Assembly: GCA_040954595.2 (NCBI GenBank)
Contig: CM082590.2
Coordinates: forward strand, 7,254,001-7,318,000
Source: Balanoglossus misakiensis
Taxonomy: Eukaryota > Animalia > Hemichordata
Direction: 5' to 3'
DNA length: 64,000 nt
Every line of letters starts with the position of its first letter. Within the stretch, counting starts at the first letter, position 1. Position numbers and translations under genes: made by a program. The notes below the pieces were generated by a model, which saw only the letters and a list, made by a program, of their open reading frames with translations, searched no databases and was not told the DNA's origin. Positions 26,570-38,902 of this stretch are shown here, one piece after another.

Positions 26570-27220
26570 TTATCACCCGCGGTTGTCATGGCAGCGCGAA
26601 CGCGTTAGCATCACGGGCGCGCGTTGGAGATTTTTCGCACATTGCGATGTTTTTGGGGTTTTCAGCGGGGTGGGGTGGGGGCTGGGGTGTGTGGGGGAGA
26701 TTTCGGGATGGGTGTGACCCCCTCCCCACCCTCCCCCGCTGGGGATAACGGGGCGTGAAGATGAAGAAACGGAGGGTCGTTAGGGGTCAGTGTGACGTCA
26801 CGCCTTCTTGCCAGTGTCTGTTCGTCTAAGCTAATAAAATAATAATAGTGAGCGCCGTGCAGTGTGTGTGGAGTGGATTGTATAGAAATACACGGCATAG
26901 TGTATACACCGCACTCTGATGTCTGTACTGAGTAAACTGCATGTAGCGACACGCGAGTAGCGAGCACTTTTTTTTCCATGCACGCCAACGAGCGAGGAAC
27001 CCCCGGCAGAACACTGAGGCGACCACCGAGCGAACGAGAATTTCTGCACTCCACAAATTGTCGTGCGCGCGTCTGATATAGACTTCTTTTTCTCCCTGTA
27101 CCGTTCCCCACAGCGACCGGCAAAATACCCTCCCACGCCAGCAAGCTCTCCCGTCCGTTCACTCCTTCGACTGAAACCACGGAGTCGGACTTCCCCGAAG
27201 CGAAGAGGCCGAGGACGGAC
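26570..27220 (+). promoter_or_regulatory. CpG-island promoter / 5' leader of the downstream gene
   Basis: Among the most GC- and CpG-dense stretches of the window by eye. Perfect CRE TGACGTCA at 26793-26800, X-box-like GTTGTCATGGCAGC at 26582-26595, G-rich Sp/KLF-type boxes at 26666-26760, directly upstream of an ATG exon with a strong donor. Confidence 0.7.
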
Positions 27221-27283
27221 ATGGCCACAATTGCACTGGACACAGCCACGGTGGCCACAACCAACGGGACATCAGAGGAGGAG
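27221..27283 (+). CDS. First coding exon (MATIALDTATVATTNGTSEEE) of a gene with a >36-kb intron; probably RBPMS/couch potato-family RRM RNA-binding protein
   Basis: gacATGG strong Kozak context, 21 open codons, GAG|GTAGGT phase-0 donor at 27284. In vertebrate RBPMS/RBPMS2 the first exon also ends in ...EEE at a phase-0 intron before VRTLFVSGLP. That next exon was not found in the window, so identity is inference (about 0.45); the exon itself is better supported. Confidence 0.65.
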
Positions 27284-30200
27284 GTAGGTCCAATTTAAAA
27301 AACCCATGTTCTTGTATAATATAATATCACTGTTATACATGATGCGCTTGCTTTCACGTCAAGAGCCCTGAACACTCGCTCGCTGTATCAATCAACAAGC
27401 GGTGCATTTCTGCAATACTAGCATCTCCCCCTAGACACTTTCCCCGCGACCTGACCCCCACAGCTGAATGGGGCGGGCGAACCCACCCCCCTTTTTGAAA
27501 CAAGAAGACGGGTCTAACCCCATCGATTCCTGAAGAACACCATGTGTAGATTTCTGCGCGTTCTCTTTATCGCTACAAACACATGGAATTGATCGGGTGT
27601 TTGAATCACACAAACAACCCACACGCTCGCCGCTCGCTTAATACCTTATGTCAACGTCTTTGTGAATAGCAGAACGGAAAATGTGTGTTTAGCCGATTTG
27701 TGTTCTTTAGTATACAAACCTCAAATTGTCAACAACAAGTCACGAACTAAAATACATACTACAACATAGCGAACGTCGGTGTGGCAACGCGTTTCTTGAG
27801 AAACTGTCCCCCTCTTAAAAATTTTCGCTCGTCCATGATCCTTCATTCGAGGTTAATCAGATATTGTAGTTAAACGCATACGGCCTTGTTGTTGCATAAC
27901 CTGCCCACATTAAACTGTTTTTACAGTCTATCTACTCATTTTTTTTACCATCGATCATAACTTGACTATCAGGAAGTCTTTGATGTGTTAAAGGTAAATT
28001 TCCACTGTGTCAACACTTAACAAGAAAGCGCTGTTGATATTCTTTAAATCAAATGTAAACTTTCGTCGCTCGTAAACTAAAAGTGTCAAATACATGACAT
28101 AGGCGTTCGGAGACTTGTTGGATTGTCAAACATTTTAATGCGTCTTTTAACGATCCTGGTAGAACAACTGTCAGTAATTTTAAACCCATCCAGTCGATTT
28201 GTGGATAAATATTATATAAGGTTGACCAAATGTCGACAAATTGTTGCAAATTGTCGCCGGTGTAACAAGTCGTCTGACCATTAGTCAGTTGTCGCGTGTG
28301 TGCAATTGCGTCTAACTCATTGTCGTTTAAAAGTCCAAATGAAGCGAAAATAATCCCTTAAAATTACACCAAACAGACGACTCAGAATCTGGTTACTGCA
28401 AGCCATTTTTTTTCTGCTGCACTTTCGATCTGTTTCTGTTTAAGTGCAGGGAAGGTTTCATTACAAATTAATGTTGGTACTGGTTACACTGCACTCAATA
28501 CGGGCGCCAGGCCCACAACCGTTCTAATCCGCCTCGCTAATACCATAGAACTAAAACTGCCCACAGCAACCCGTTTTTTTTATTTCACTGAACACACCTC
28601 TTAGCGATTTGTGCTCTGAAAGGAAGCCATATAAGACACTGGTGTTTTTTAAGCAGAAACTCTTTCTTTGGGTCCGTGTGTTCCGCTGACGTATAGTAAA
28701 GCCCGCAGAGAGAAAAAAAAAACTAAACAATGAATGAATGGGGTGGCTGGCCAGGTCAGTACACTTCCGCTGACTTTGGCGAGTCTACATAAAAATGTCC
28801 ATTCGATTGTTTGTGTGCCGTCTTCTGCTCGTAGTTTCCAACCGTTCAAAGGGAAACAGTTGCGGGTTTTGTAGGAATATTTGTATCGCTCTGAGAGAAA
28901 GGCTTGACGACAAATGAGCTGGCTGGCAGGGCGGTATGGTTGGTGACGGTCGAAGATGAATAGGGTTTCCTTCGTATCTCAGTGGGAACTATGGGGGTCT
29001 GTGTAGCGCTGTGAAGTTTTTTTCACCTTGGTAGTTTTTTTTATCTCGTCCCGTCTTTGTTATTGTACAGTAGCCTTTTGAAACCAGGCTTTTCAGGAGA
29101 GTTGAGAGTGCGTGGCTTTTATTGTGCCTATCCACAAGGCGGGCCTAATTACGACCCTCAGCTAAGTGGTGTAAACAAGCTTGGGTAGGGGAGCCGAATC
29201 AAACACAGGAAAGCAGGGACGTCAATCTCTCGCTTGGAAAACCCTAGGCGGGCAAAAAACAAGGACCAGACGTTTTTAAAAAGGGAATTTCAATAGTTTC
29301 TTGGCATGGGGGTCCTGTCACACTCCGCGAACCCCAGAGATAGTGACGTTTATGAATTGTTAACAGCTAGCTTCGACCAGCTTCATTAATTAAGAACGAA
29401 TGTTAGGCCGGCGATTTGGCTGGACCCAGAGCTCAATGACACCAGAAAGACAGAGGTCGAAGGTTATCCATGCGTTAGTAATCTTAAACTTCTGATCCGA
29501 TACGGAGAGCTGGGCTTTTTTCGAGGCATTAAAAATTCACTAGAACATAACAGCTCGCACTAATGGTCAAAAAAATCTAACGGTTTCTATAAATCTTTCA
29601 ACGGGTATGGGTAATTTAGTGTTGCGCCCGAAACTGTCGTCTGCAACGCAGGCCATAGACTTCTGAAAGGGTTAAAATCCGGTAGACTTGTGGGCGTGGT
29701 CTTAAAGTCCAACGTGTTTACGATGCCCGTAAAAAAAACTATTAAGACGTCAAATCCTTCACAAACGGGAGGAATTGTTTTGAGGTCTTTACGAAGAAAA
29801 TTCGTCAGCAGACTCAAAAACGAGACATTTTGTACTGGTTGACCTAGTATAAACTGATCAATGTTCTTGAATAAGTTATAATGGCGGTATTGCATGCAGC
29901 TTGTTGACATAACGTATCGGCACACTGATTGAACCGTAACCCCAGTCCATATTCTTTATAGGCTTTACAGATTACGACTTTCCCGCTCTTTTACGAGTCA
30001 GACGATAGCCTATAAAGTTGTTGAAAGACCCATGAAATTGCGAAATTTCTGTTGCATTTTGGCCTTTTTCGGCACAATTTTGGTCAAACTCGTGCAGCCT
30101 GCAAGTAATGATTGTACTTTGATGAGTTTTGAGTCAATGAGAGATAATTTTAATGAAGGATTCGTAGATATTTCGGTCCCCCAAATATGGGTGTCAGATT

Positions 30201-30850
30201 TCAAATTAAGGACTTCTTTAGTGAACAGACTGTCCAATTTATTTAATAGCTGTATAGTGTATCATGGTGGAAGTTCAAAAGGACATACGACTTAAATGTA
30301 GTGTCACCAGTACTTTTCTATCGGTGCCCGTCCCCCTTTAGGGTTTAACATCCGCTCGCTAATGCAGTTTACTTCATGAGAAGAAGACCTTTGATTTCCA
30401 GCACAGCCCATTCAAGTTGACTTGAAAACGTTGAACCCGGTTCCCTAACCACACCACTGCCGCCATTCATTCATTCATTCATTCCCCCTAACCCCTAAAT
30501 CTATTATTCATTCTTTGTGCAGCCATCCTTTGTCCGACAAAACCCATCCCTTTCACGCCGGCCCATTGAAGCCGCAACGAGTTTCTAAAGCGAACGCCCC
30601 TAACTCATGAATTTCTAACTGGACAATTAATACTTAAAAACGAAACGGCCACGATATTCAAGCTCCAGCTTGCAATGTCTCATTTATTTATGAGGCCTGT
30701 CATCTCGGACATAGCTGGCTCATCTTTCAAATAGAGGTGTTAATTAGTATACAGTGGACGACTCTTAGAGGCCGGACTTTATACATGTACACACAGCATG
30801 TGTCTTAAAACGAATCAACAGTCACCATTTTGCCTGTCCAGATTCTCAAT

Positions 30851-31197
30851 TTAAAGGGACAAAGTCTCTCTCTCGCTGCCCCTTCTTCCATTAACTATGT
30901 TCGATAAAAGACACTGTTTATGTTATTCTACATGAGGATATACATGTATAGTGAATCAACGTTCAACCACACACACCTTCCATCCCACTTGTAGACACAA
31001 ACTTACCAAAATGAATAATCGGTGTTTACCGTTTATTCATTTTGGCGAGATTTGTACTCTCATCTCCTACAAACGTGATGGAAGTTGTGTGTGGTTGAAC
31101 GTTGATTCACTATATATCCACAGGTAGAATAACATAAACGGCGTCTTGTATCAAACAATTAATGGAAAAAGGGCAGCGAGAGAGAGACTTTGTCCCT
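30851..31197. mobile_element. MITE family B, full palindromic copy (~345 bp)
   Basis: TTAA-AGGGACAAAGTCTCTCTCTCGCTGCCC ... GGGCAGCGAGAGAGAGACTTTGTCCCT. The two ~165-bp halves are inverted copies about the centre aaaatgaataatcggtgtttaccgtttattcatttt. Confidence 0.92.
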
Positions 31198-31419
31198 GCA
31201 ACTCCTAGCTTGCTTGTCCTTCTCGAGCTTTGCATGCCACCTTCAGTTTACCTCTGAAAACGGCGGTGTTCGACCGGACAAGAAGTTCATTGCCCTCAGT
31301 GACAGTTAAACCATGCAGCCTCTGTCATAACATCCTTGTACTCTGTGCCCCACTGATATCTCGGAATGCTGCCCTACATATTTAAATGTTGAAAAAGTTG
31401 TCTCCCGCAGATGTGTGAA

Positions 31420-31670
31420 ATCATCACTTTCTGTAGGCTGCTGAAACTTTTGAAAGGGAACACTTTTTGCCTGTTGCTGAAAATTTGGAAAAATTCAAGT
31501 GTTTTTAGGTGCGAGATTAAAATTTGATGGTTACTTGTCGTAGGTCGTCAAAATTCGAAAAAATCAGCACTTCTTGTTGGTTAAAAAATTGTGAAAATTT
31601 AAATTTTTTTGTAGGTTGTCAAAAATTTCACAAGCCATCACTTCTTGGGAAAGTAACACCTTCATCAGTT
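31420..31670. repeat. Degenerate short tandem repeat (~40-bp units)
   Basis: Recurrent atcactt..tgtaggt.g...aaaattt.gaaa motifs. Confidence 0.5.
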
Positions 31671-33569
31671 GCCATTTTTTTTAACATATCAATCTGTTGA
31701 TATCAATTTTTAACTGAATTAACACTTTTCAGAATGCCAGTTTAAATTTGTGAAAGTCTACATTCTTTTCTTGACAAATATTTATTTTGCTTGTAATCAG
31801 AACGCTTGACTTGTTTAAGAATGGTGTGTCTTGAGTATTCAACTGAAAAAAATGTTTCTTTTTTGTTTGCTTGTGGAAATTCTTTCAATTCAATTTTCCT
31901 GACCAAGCAGTCTTTCTGTAGATAATCTTAATTAAACATTTCCTGGGTCTCTTTAGTTACAAAAATAATGTTATTATTTTAAAGATTATGACAAATTTGA
32001 AGGGACAACTATGTAAACAAGGAGACCACAAAGCTAATCCTATGTCAATGTTTTTTTTACGTTTGTGAGTCGAATGTCAATATTGACGGCCAAGTCTGTT
32101 CAGGAGAGCAAACCTTTTCACATCTTTTATAAAAGAAACATCTTTAAAGAATTTCTGTTCATTTGCAAACTGATTAAGGAAATTGTTACAAAAATTTTCA
32201 AGAAAAAAACTTGATTGGTTATGAAAATGACATGTAATCCCATGGTGAAACGAAAGAATGCACACTTAAATATTGATAGACGTGAAGTAGGGTTAATTGT
32301 GAATCATTTATGCATGGATTTGCATTTGAAGTGTCCTTTAGAGATAAAAGCTGGTGTTTTTTTTTTGTTATTTGAACCCATATGATGATGACGCCATTGA
32401 CACTAGAAATAAAAACATATTTTCCAGATGTAGTTTTTGGCCACAAGTCGCTATTATTATTATTATTATTTATTTATTATCGAGAGCCAGCTCATATAAA
32501 AAAGGACAAGTATATACAAAATTACAGCCAACACACAGACATTAAATAAAAATAAAAAACACACATTGAGACTTCTACTAATAAAAATAGTAAAAGAACT
32601 GAAAAACTGAAATGACTGGTAAACGCCATACAGCATTACAATCAACAAATAGTAAAAAAAATAAACAAGTAAACAAAAAAACAGGAAAACATTTTTAAAA
32701 TACCAATAAAATTATGAAACTACTATAACAATACAACACCTGTTTGGACATCTACTATTTTTTCTGACCATCCATCTATCCATCTGTGATGAAATGTTTC
32801 AAGTGAAATCTGCTGGTTGGAAAACTATTTTTATCACAACTATAATTGGTATAGTTCATTGTCATTTTGCACACAAAAATTCCTCGCTTGACATGTCAAA
32901 GTAAAACAATGAAAAATGCCGCATTTGTGTTTCAGTCATAATGTTTCATAAAGTGATTTCTCCAGAAAAATGAAAATCAGGAAAAGAAAACAATAATTTT
33001 ATTAAATCTGCAGATTTTTGTGCTGAGATGATAAACGTAAAAATAATTGATGAGTCAGCTTAATTTCTTATCCTCCTGCCGCCACAGTACATCAGAATGT
33101 GGGTCAGGTTTACCCTGCCACCCCTATTTAAGTGTATATGGTTCAGTCCACCCCTATTGAAAACAGTAGGACTTGATTAATATTTTGTGGGAAAGGGGGT
33201 AGACAGCTTGCTTGGTTTGATACCAAAGAATTCAATATTTTACAGCAGATGTCTGGAGAGAGAGTCAATGCTCAAATAGGCGGAGGAACTGAGCATTTAT
33301 TTTAATAGTATTCACGAATCACTTCGTTCAGCGTCAAAAGTTGTTTCTAATTGTTCGTAAGTTAGAGACTGTCGAATCACTGAGGTTCGAAGATTGTCAA
33401 ACAGAAAAGAAAACATGTATGTACCAGATTGTTCCTGATTGACAACTGGTGTTGTATGATAATTTGTGAGCTTGTTAAAATGATATCATTTTGGTGCTAT
33501 TTACAGCATTAGTGGAACCATTATATATTTAAATTCTGATTCAGAACGACAGAAGAATGGCTTAAAAAT

Positions 33570-34110
33570 AAAAATAATAATTTTTAATTCTTAAAAAATG
33601 CTTTCCATGTAAAATGACATCCCAAAGCGCTGTACATAGCTGCTTAAAAATAAAAAGACAAAGAAAATGCTAAAAATGTATAATAAAATACTGTAAAACA
33701 CTTTATTTTCGCGAGTTAAAATTTTCGCGATATCGAGAGAGGCCACTGTTTCGCGAGTATTAATTTTCATATTCTCTTATTTCATTCACTGCATCATTAT
33801 CTTCAAAAACAATTTACGCGACTTTTTATTTTCATGCCATTTTGGCTCTTGCGTATTTCGTGAAAGTTTATTGCTTGCGAAAATAAAGTGTTTTACAATA
33901 GACAATGGTTAAAAATTGGGATAAATAGTAATTCCCTGTATAAAAACGTTTGGGGTCGGCGTGGAGCATGACCATGACAGAATATCGAAAAACAAACATC
34001 AGCTGTGTTGTGGTTCGCTGGCTTCATGAAAAGCGAATGAGTTTTGAAGTGCTAATTGAACGCAGGAAGAGTGGTATTTCGGCTTGTCATTTGCTTGCGT
34101 CGCAGAACAG
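33570..34110 (-). mobile_element. L2/CR1-like LINE 3' remnant, interrupted by a family A MITE
   Basis: Minus strand near 34100-34030 reads ...RNTTLPAFN*HFKTH, resembling the IRxxxSLxxFKxxLKTHLF ORF2 C-terminus. Minus strand 33636-33570 reads tgtacagcgctttgggatg...catggaaagc...attattatt, like an L2 3' stem-loop tail. Confidence 0.45.
33689..33900 (+). mobile_element. MITE family A, complete copy
   Basis: TA-CTGTAAAACACTTTATTTTCGCGAG ... GCGAAAATAAAGTGTTTTACAA-TA. Confidence 0.92.
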
Positions 34111-34212
34111 CTGTTTTGGCTGCGAGAGGAAGTTGTCAGTTTCCTGGCAAACATCAAACTGGCAATTTGTCAGTATGCGCCTATCGTCTGAGACAAATTT
34201 TAAGAAAAATAA

Positions 34213-34453
34213 TTAAAGGGACAAAGTCTCTCTCTCGCTGCCCTTTTTCCATTAATTATGTTCGATACAAGACACCGTTTATATTATTCTACATGTGGAT
34301 ATATAGTGAATCAACATTCAACCACACACAAGTTCCATCCCACTTGTAGACACGAGAGTGAAAAATTCACCAAAATGAATAATCGGTCTTTTACTCATAT
34401 CCTACAAAATATCCTGCAAAAAGGGCAGCGAGAGAGCGTCTTTGTCCCTTTAA
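34213..34453 (+). mobile_element. MITE family B, internally deleted copy with both TTAA TSDs
   Basis: TTAA-AGGGACAAAG ... CTTTGTCCCT-TTAA. Confidence 0.9.
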
Positions 34454-34548
34454 TTATAGTGTATAGAGAAAGTTTAATTGATGCATTCTATTTCTACAAT
34501 TTCTGTAGATCAAAATTGAGACAATTTGACCCAATTTTGATCTGTCAA

Positions 34549-34791
34549 TCAAAATTTTGAAATGTGACCTCCAATTTTTATTCTCAATTTGTAGAGAGAA
34601 TAATCTTAAGTTGCCGTGAGCAAAAAAAGAGAGAAAGTTTAAGACTTGGTTTTTGAGGTGCGTTCAAAATTTTGAAATGTGACCTCCAATTTTTATACTC
34701 AATTTTTAGAGAGAATAATCGTAAGTTGCCTTGAGCAAAAAAAGAGAAAAAAAGTTTAAGACTTTGATTTTTGAGGTGCGTTCTACCTTAA
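34549..34791 (+). mobile_element. Tandemly duplicated 3' end of family C
   Basis: ~115-bp unit twice, ending gaggtgcgttctacc-TTAA. Confidence 0.75.
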
Positions 34792-36535
34792 TCCCATATT
34801 GAATTGACATATCAGTATATCAGAGAAGTGTAATTCCCCCCAAATCAGAACAATAAGCCCCCATCCCCACCCCCCAACTGCAGGATACTGTATCTGCCAA
34901 CCACACTTTCCATCACGCAATTCCGGGTTTTGCTATCCTTGGTAGAACTGGCTCAAAACTAAAAAGCAATCACACACAGTCTTGGTCTGAATGTTTTTGC
35001 TAGGGTCTGCTTGACTTAAAATAAAAGGTCCCTCTAGGCCAGTGTGATGTTACTGAACAGCTGTACAATGTACAACCATCACAGGCCAACCAGAATAATG
35101 TATCTATCAGAATTTTAACAAAATGCCAAATCTAATTAAAAGCGACACACTGCATGTATCATCGATTCAACACGATTTTACTCGCGTATCGTTATTTTAT
35201 GCTATATTTTTATATTAAACGACAGTAATATTATCGCTGAGGTTAGCCTGTTGTATAGCGAATTCGATGTAAGGGTTAAACTATTAAAAAATTCCTGAGA
35301 CATATGTGGGATGATTTGATAGACATATGTTTCGCACTCTTTCGATATAATCACATCGTCAAAAATTTCCGATGCTGTGAATATGGCAGTCTTGTTATGA
35401 TGGTTGAATTCAGCTGTGAAGTTTTGCTCAGAAATTTGGGTCAGGTTTATGTAATTTAAGCAAGCGTGGGTTTATCATAAACGGAGCTGTGTCGAATTAT
35501 GTGTTGACGTCTGAATTTCAGTTCAGGATTTAGATTTAGTCGTTAATAATATAGGCGGGAGATGTGTTGTGTTGACAGGGCAAATGCTGGACATTTTGAC
35601 GTGCCGATAGAGAGTTGTACATTAAATTGGCATTGATGTATGGATTGTGAAGCGCTGACCAAATGTGAAAATAATGGCCACATTTTCTTTGTCGTCTGGA
35701 GACCGTGCTGTGCCCGAGAAATAGTCGCATACTGTGGGAGGTGTATCATCTGATCTTTGCTGTAAATACTGGCCGTTTCGTTTCTGAATAGCCAAAGTGG
35801 AGGGTATAGCGAGCTATGATTGCGGTCACTGAAGTGTGAAAAAGTGATTATACCCTATTGCTCCCTAAACTACAGCCGCGTAAGGGTCACTATTCCCCGA
35901 ATAAATCACCGAATGACAGTCGCGGTCGGTCGCCAACCGAGAGAGCACACCCGCTAATCGCACTGTGGGTTTTTCTCAGCCGTTGAACCCCATGGCTATA
36001 TTTATTGTGATTCGGGTGAAAGCAAGACTGAGCCCCAATGGGCCACCTTTGACCTTTCCCTCTTTTTCGCATCTCCGTGGAGACAGTGCTGCTAGTTGTC
36101 GTCCATCTTGTTTGAAACTTGCCAGGCTTGTGAACTGCTGTGTGTGAGAAGTTCAACAGGTCGCGAAGCTACCGGCTTGTTCTGCAAATCTCTAAGAAAT
36201 TTCGTTTAAATATTACATTTTGATTTATTTTCCAATCAGGCAGATTCGACGATCGTGATTTATTGAAGAATGTAACAAAAATGACACCAGTGTTGACCTT
36301 GTTATAGGTGTCATTTCAATTCTCTGTACTTTTTATCATGGTGATCAAATTTCATTAACCTATCAATAGCAGTGTTATCGAGCATATCACAGGAAGTCAA
36401 TATATTTTATCAGGAATTTTCAGGAATATAAAGTTACATTTTATATGAGTGACCATATCAACCCGAGCATCAACGTAAATGTGTGTACAGGGTGATAAAA
36501 GATATCAAATCTGAATATTGATAACAACTTCCTGT

Positions 36536-36753
36536 TTAACCCTATAGGCTATAATTTTTCCTGCACAAATTGCTGGTGAAAGATATTTTCATTTTTACGT
36601 ATATTTCTCTCAATTTTCCCTTTATTTCTGACCAAGTGGGTATAATTTCCATATTCAAACAGTTCTTGATCAAAATTTCTGCTAAAATGTAGAAAAAGTA
36701 AATTTTGTGAAAAAATTATTCGGTTCGACTAAATTTGGCGTTGAAAGAGTTAA
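36536..36753. mobile_element. piggyBac-like non-autonomous element (~215 bp)
   Basis: TTAA-CCCT ... AGAG-TTAA. Interior is related, in reverse, to 10905-11070 and 46770-46920 (aaaattttgatca...ggtctaaaattaag). Confidence 0.6.
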
Positions 36754-37370
36754 TGTGAAATGACATGCAGTATAACTGTGGTTTGATAAAAATACTTGTA
36801 AACTGGTTCAGTGGTGAGTGCTATCTCACCCTCTCTAGATTAGAGGTTATAGGTTTACAGCCCTATGATAGGATCATCTCATGTTACATATTCGCTGGGG
36901 ACATGCTGGTCTTGTATCTTCGAGCTTTTTCTGCGTGTAGCTAAGAAGGGAGAAAGAGAGCACATATTTTGTAGCCGTGGGCACCGAGAAAAAAAGATCT
37001 AAACTCATATTTCAGTGGGTATTTTCTGATGAGCGTTTACGCATCACGCATCAAGGGGCGCGGTGAAATTCTAAAATGCGAAGAAAGCGCTGGTCATCAC
37101 TGACGAAGATCTGTTCTTTCCTACGGGCCTTGACATCTCTCTTCATGGAAAAATTGTTGATGAATACACACACACAGAAACTAGTCTAAATTGAATCCCG
37201 GATTAAAATTAGAACACAGCCTGAGCAGAGTCCATCTGTGGGTTGGCATCTGTCAACACAAGGGGAGAAATCATTTTAAAAACCAGCTGACGAACTAATT
37301 ATCGTCTAAGGTTCAGTTCTGATAAAGCATTTGTAAAACAAACTGAATCAGTTTTGTTTGATTTGCAAAG

Positions 37371-37627
37371 TCGACCATACAGGGAAATATTTATGAAATT
37401 AATATCAACTGAAAATGTTACTGTAATATTTTTGCATTCGTACTAAATATTATCTGAGCAAAATACCAGAAAAGAACTACAAATAATGGAATAAGTTCTG
37501 TTTTGTTTTGCAATTGTTAAATCGACCATACAGGGAAATATTTATGAAATTAATATCAACTGTAAATGTTACTGTAATATTTTTGCATTCGTACAAAATA
37601 TTATCTGAGCAAAATACCAGGAAGAAC
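37371..37627. repeat. Tandem duplication, ~105-bp near-identical blocks at 151-bp period
   Basis: tcgaccatacagggaaatatttatgaaattaatatcaactg...gagcaaaataccag at 37371 and 37522. Confidence 0.95.
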
Positions 37628-37934
37628 CAAAATAATTTGACATCACCACAGCACAGGAAATCACATACATGTACATGTAACAACCATGATCTGATTTAAT
37701 TTCTAGTATTTTGATACGTTAAAATCCTAACAGTATTATAACCTTTAATCTAATTCCAGCTTTGATAATTGAATATTGATGGGGAGTTTACAATGGTTAT
37801 AAAAATATATTAGATTGTGTTATTTGTTGGCGTAAAATGTTATACACAAAAGGTGTGTGGGTGATTATGGGATATTCAATTTGTTAGCCAGTTTATGCTA
37901 TTTCTGAGTTTGAGTGTTATTTGGTCTCATTGAG

Positions 37935-38258
37935 TTTGTAGGATATGAGGTTAAAAATCTCGCCCAAAATGAATAAATGGCAGAGACTGATTTTTCATTT
38001 TTGTGAGTTTTTCCCTCTTGTGTCTACAAGCGGGATGGAAGGTGTGTGTGGTTGAACGTTGATTCACTGTATATCCACTTGTAGAATAACATAAATGGCG
38101 TCGTGTATCAAACATAATTAGTGGAAAAAGGGCAGCGAGAGAGAGACTTTGTCCTGGAAGTTGTATTTGGTCTGACGTTGATTCACTATATATCCACATG
38201 TATGTAGAATAACATAAACAGTAAAAGGGGCAGTGAGAGAGAGACTTTATCTCTTTAA
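37935..38258 (-). mobile_element. MITE family B, rearranged copy with duplicated terminus
   Basis: Two successive gggcag.gagagagagactt termini (~38131-38155 and ~38228-38258). Confidence 0.8.
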
Positions 38259-38474
38259 TCGGTGTAAATGCACTTAATTTGCTATAAGCTGTATTTTACT
38301 TGCACACCAGTCGTTGAATATGATATCAGTTGGTGACAACTGAGACAGGCAACGACAGATGTACACTGCGTCACAATGATGTGATTATTCCCAGTACAAC
38401 TGCCCCCAGGTTATACTTGTTGGGTTCAACAGATGGACTGCGATAATCCGACCACTCTTCCCTACTAACCCTTT

Positions 38475-38902
38475 CACCCCTCTCCCCTGCATGTGGTTCG
38501 GTCCTTTCTCCTGAAAGCAATAGGGGGTTGAACCAGATTTTGGTTTAGAGGGGGGTTAGGTGTTGAACTATACCCTAATTAATTAAGAAGATGCACCCCG
38601 AATACAGTATAGTAAAACCAATACAGCTTCACCCCTCTTCCCTGCATATGGGCTCTTCCATTGGCCCAGAGAGCAATAGGGGGTTGAACCAAATTATAGT
38701 TGTAGGGGGGAGGGTTAGGTGTTGAACTATTACCCTCATTAATTAAGAAAACTCCATACCCTCAAAGTAATATTTAAAAATCAACACCCCTCTCTCCTGT
38801 ATATGGTTCCTTCCATTGCCCCAGAAAGCAATGGGTTTGAACCAAATTATTGATAGTGGAGGGGGGTTCGGAGGTGTTGAACTGTACCCTCATTAAGAAG
38901 AC
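38475..38902. repeat. Minisatellite, ~155-bp unit x3
   Basis: cacccctct..cctg.at.tgg...agcaat.gg..ttgaacca...ggtgttgaact.taccct.attaa starts at 38475, 38630 and 38785. Confidence 0.92.

Noticed and set aside
26662-27264. 200-aa minus-strand ORF over the promoter
   Set aside because: Antisense shadow of the GC-rich promoter and first exon; no domain.
32450-32750. (ATT)n plus A-rich tract as a second LINE tail
   Set aside because: Plausible, but no diagnostic tail motif or ORF2 remnant could be read.
37026-37070. CTGATGA...GAAA hammerhead-ribozyme-like core
   Set aside because: Stem II does not close directly onto GAAA and I could not build stems I and III with an NUH site; an Infernal search with Rfam hammerhead models would settle it.
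38475-38902. CRISPR-like array
   Set aside because: Long degenerate contiguous units without unique spacers, no cas genes, eukaryotic context.
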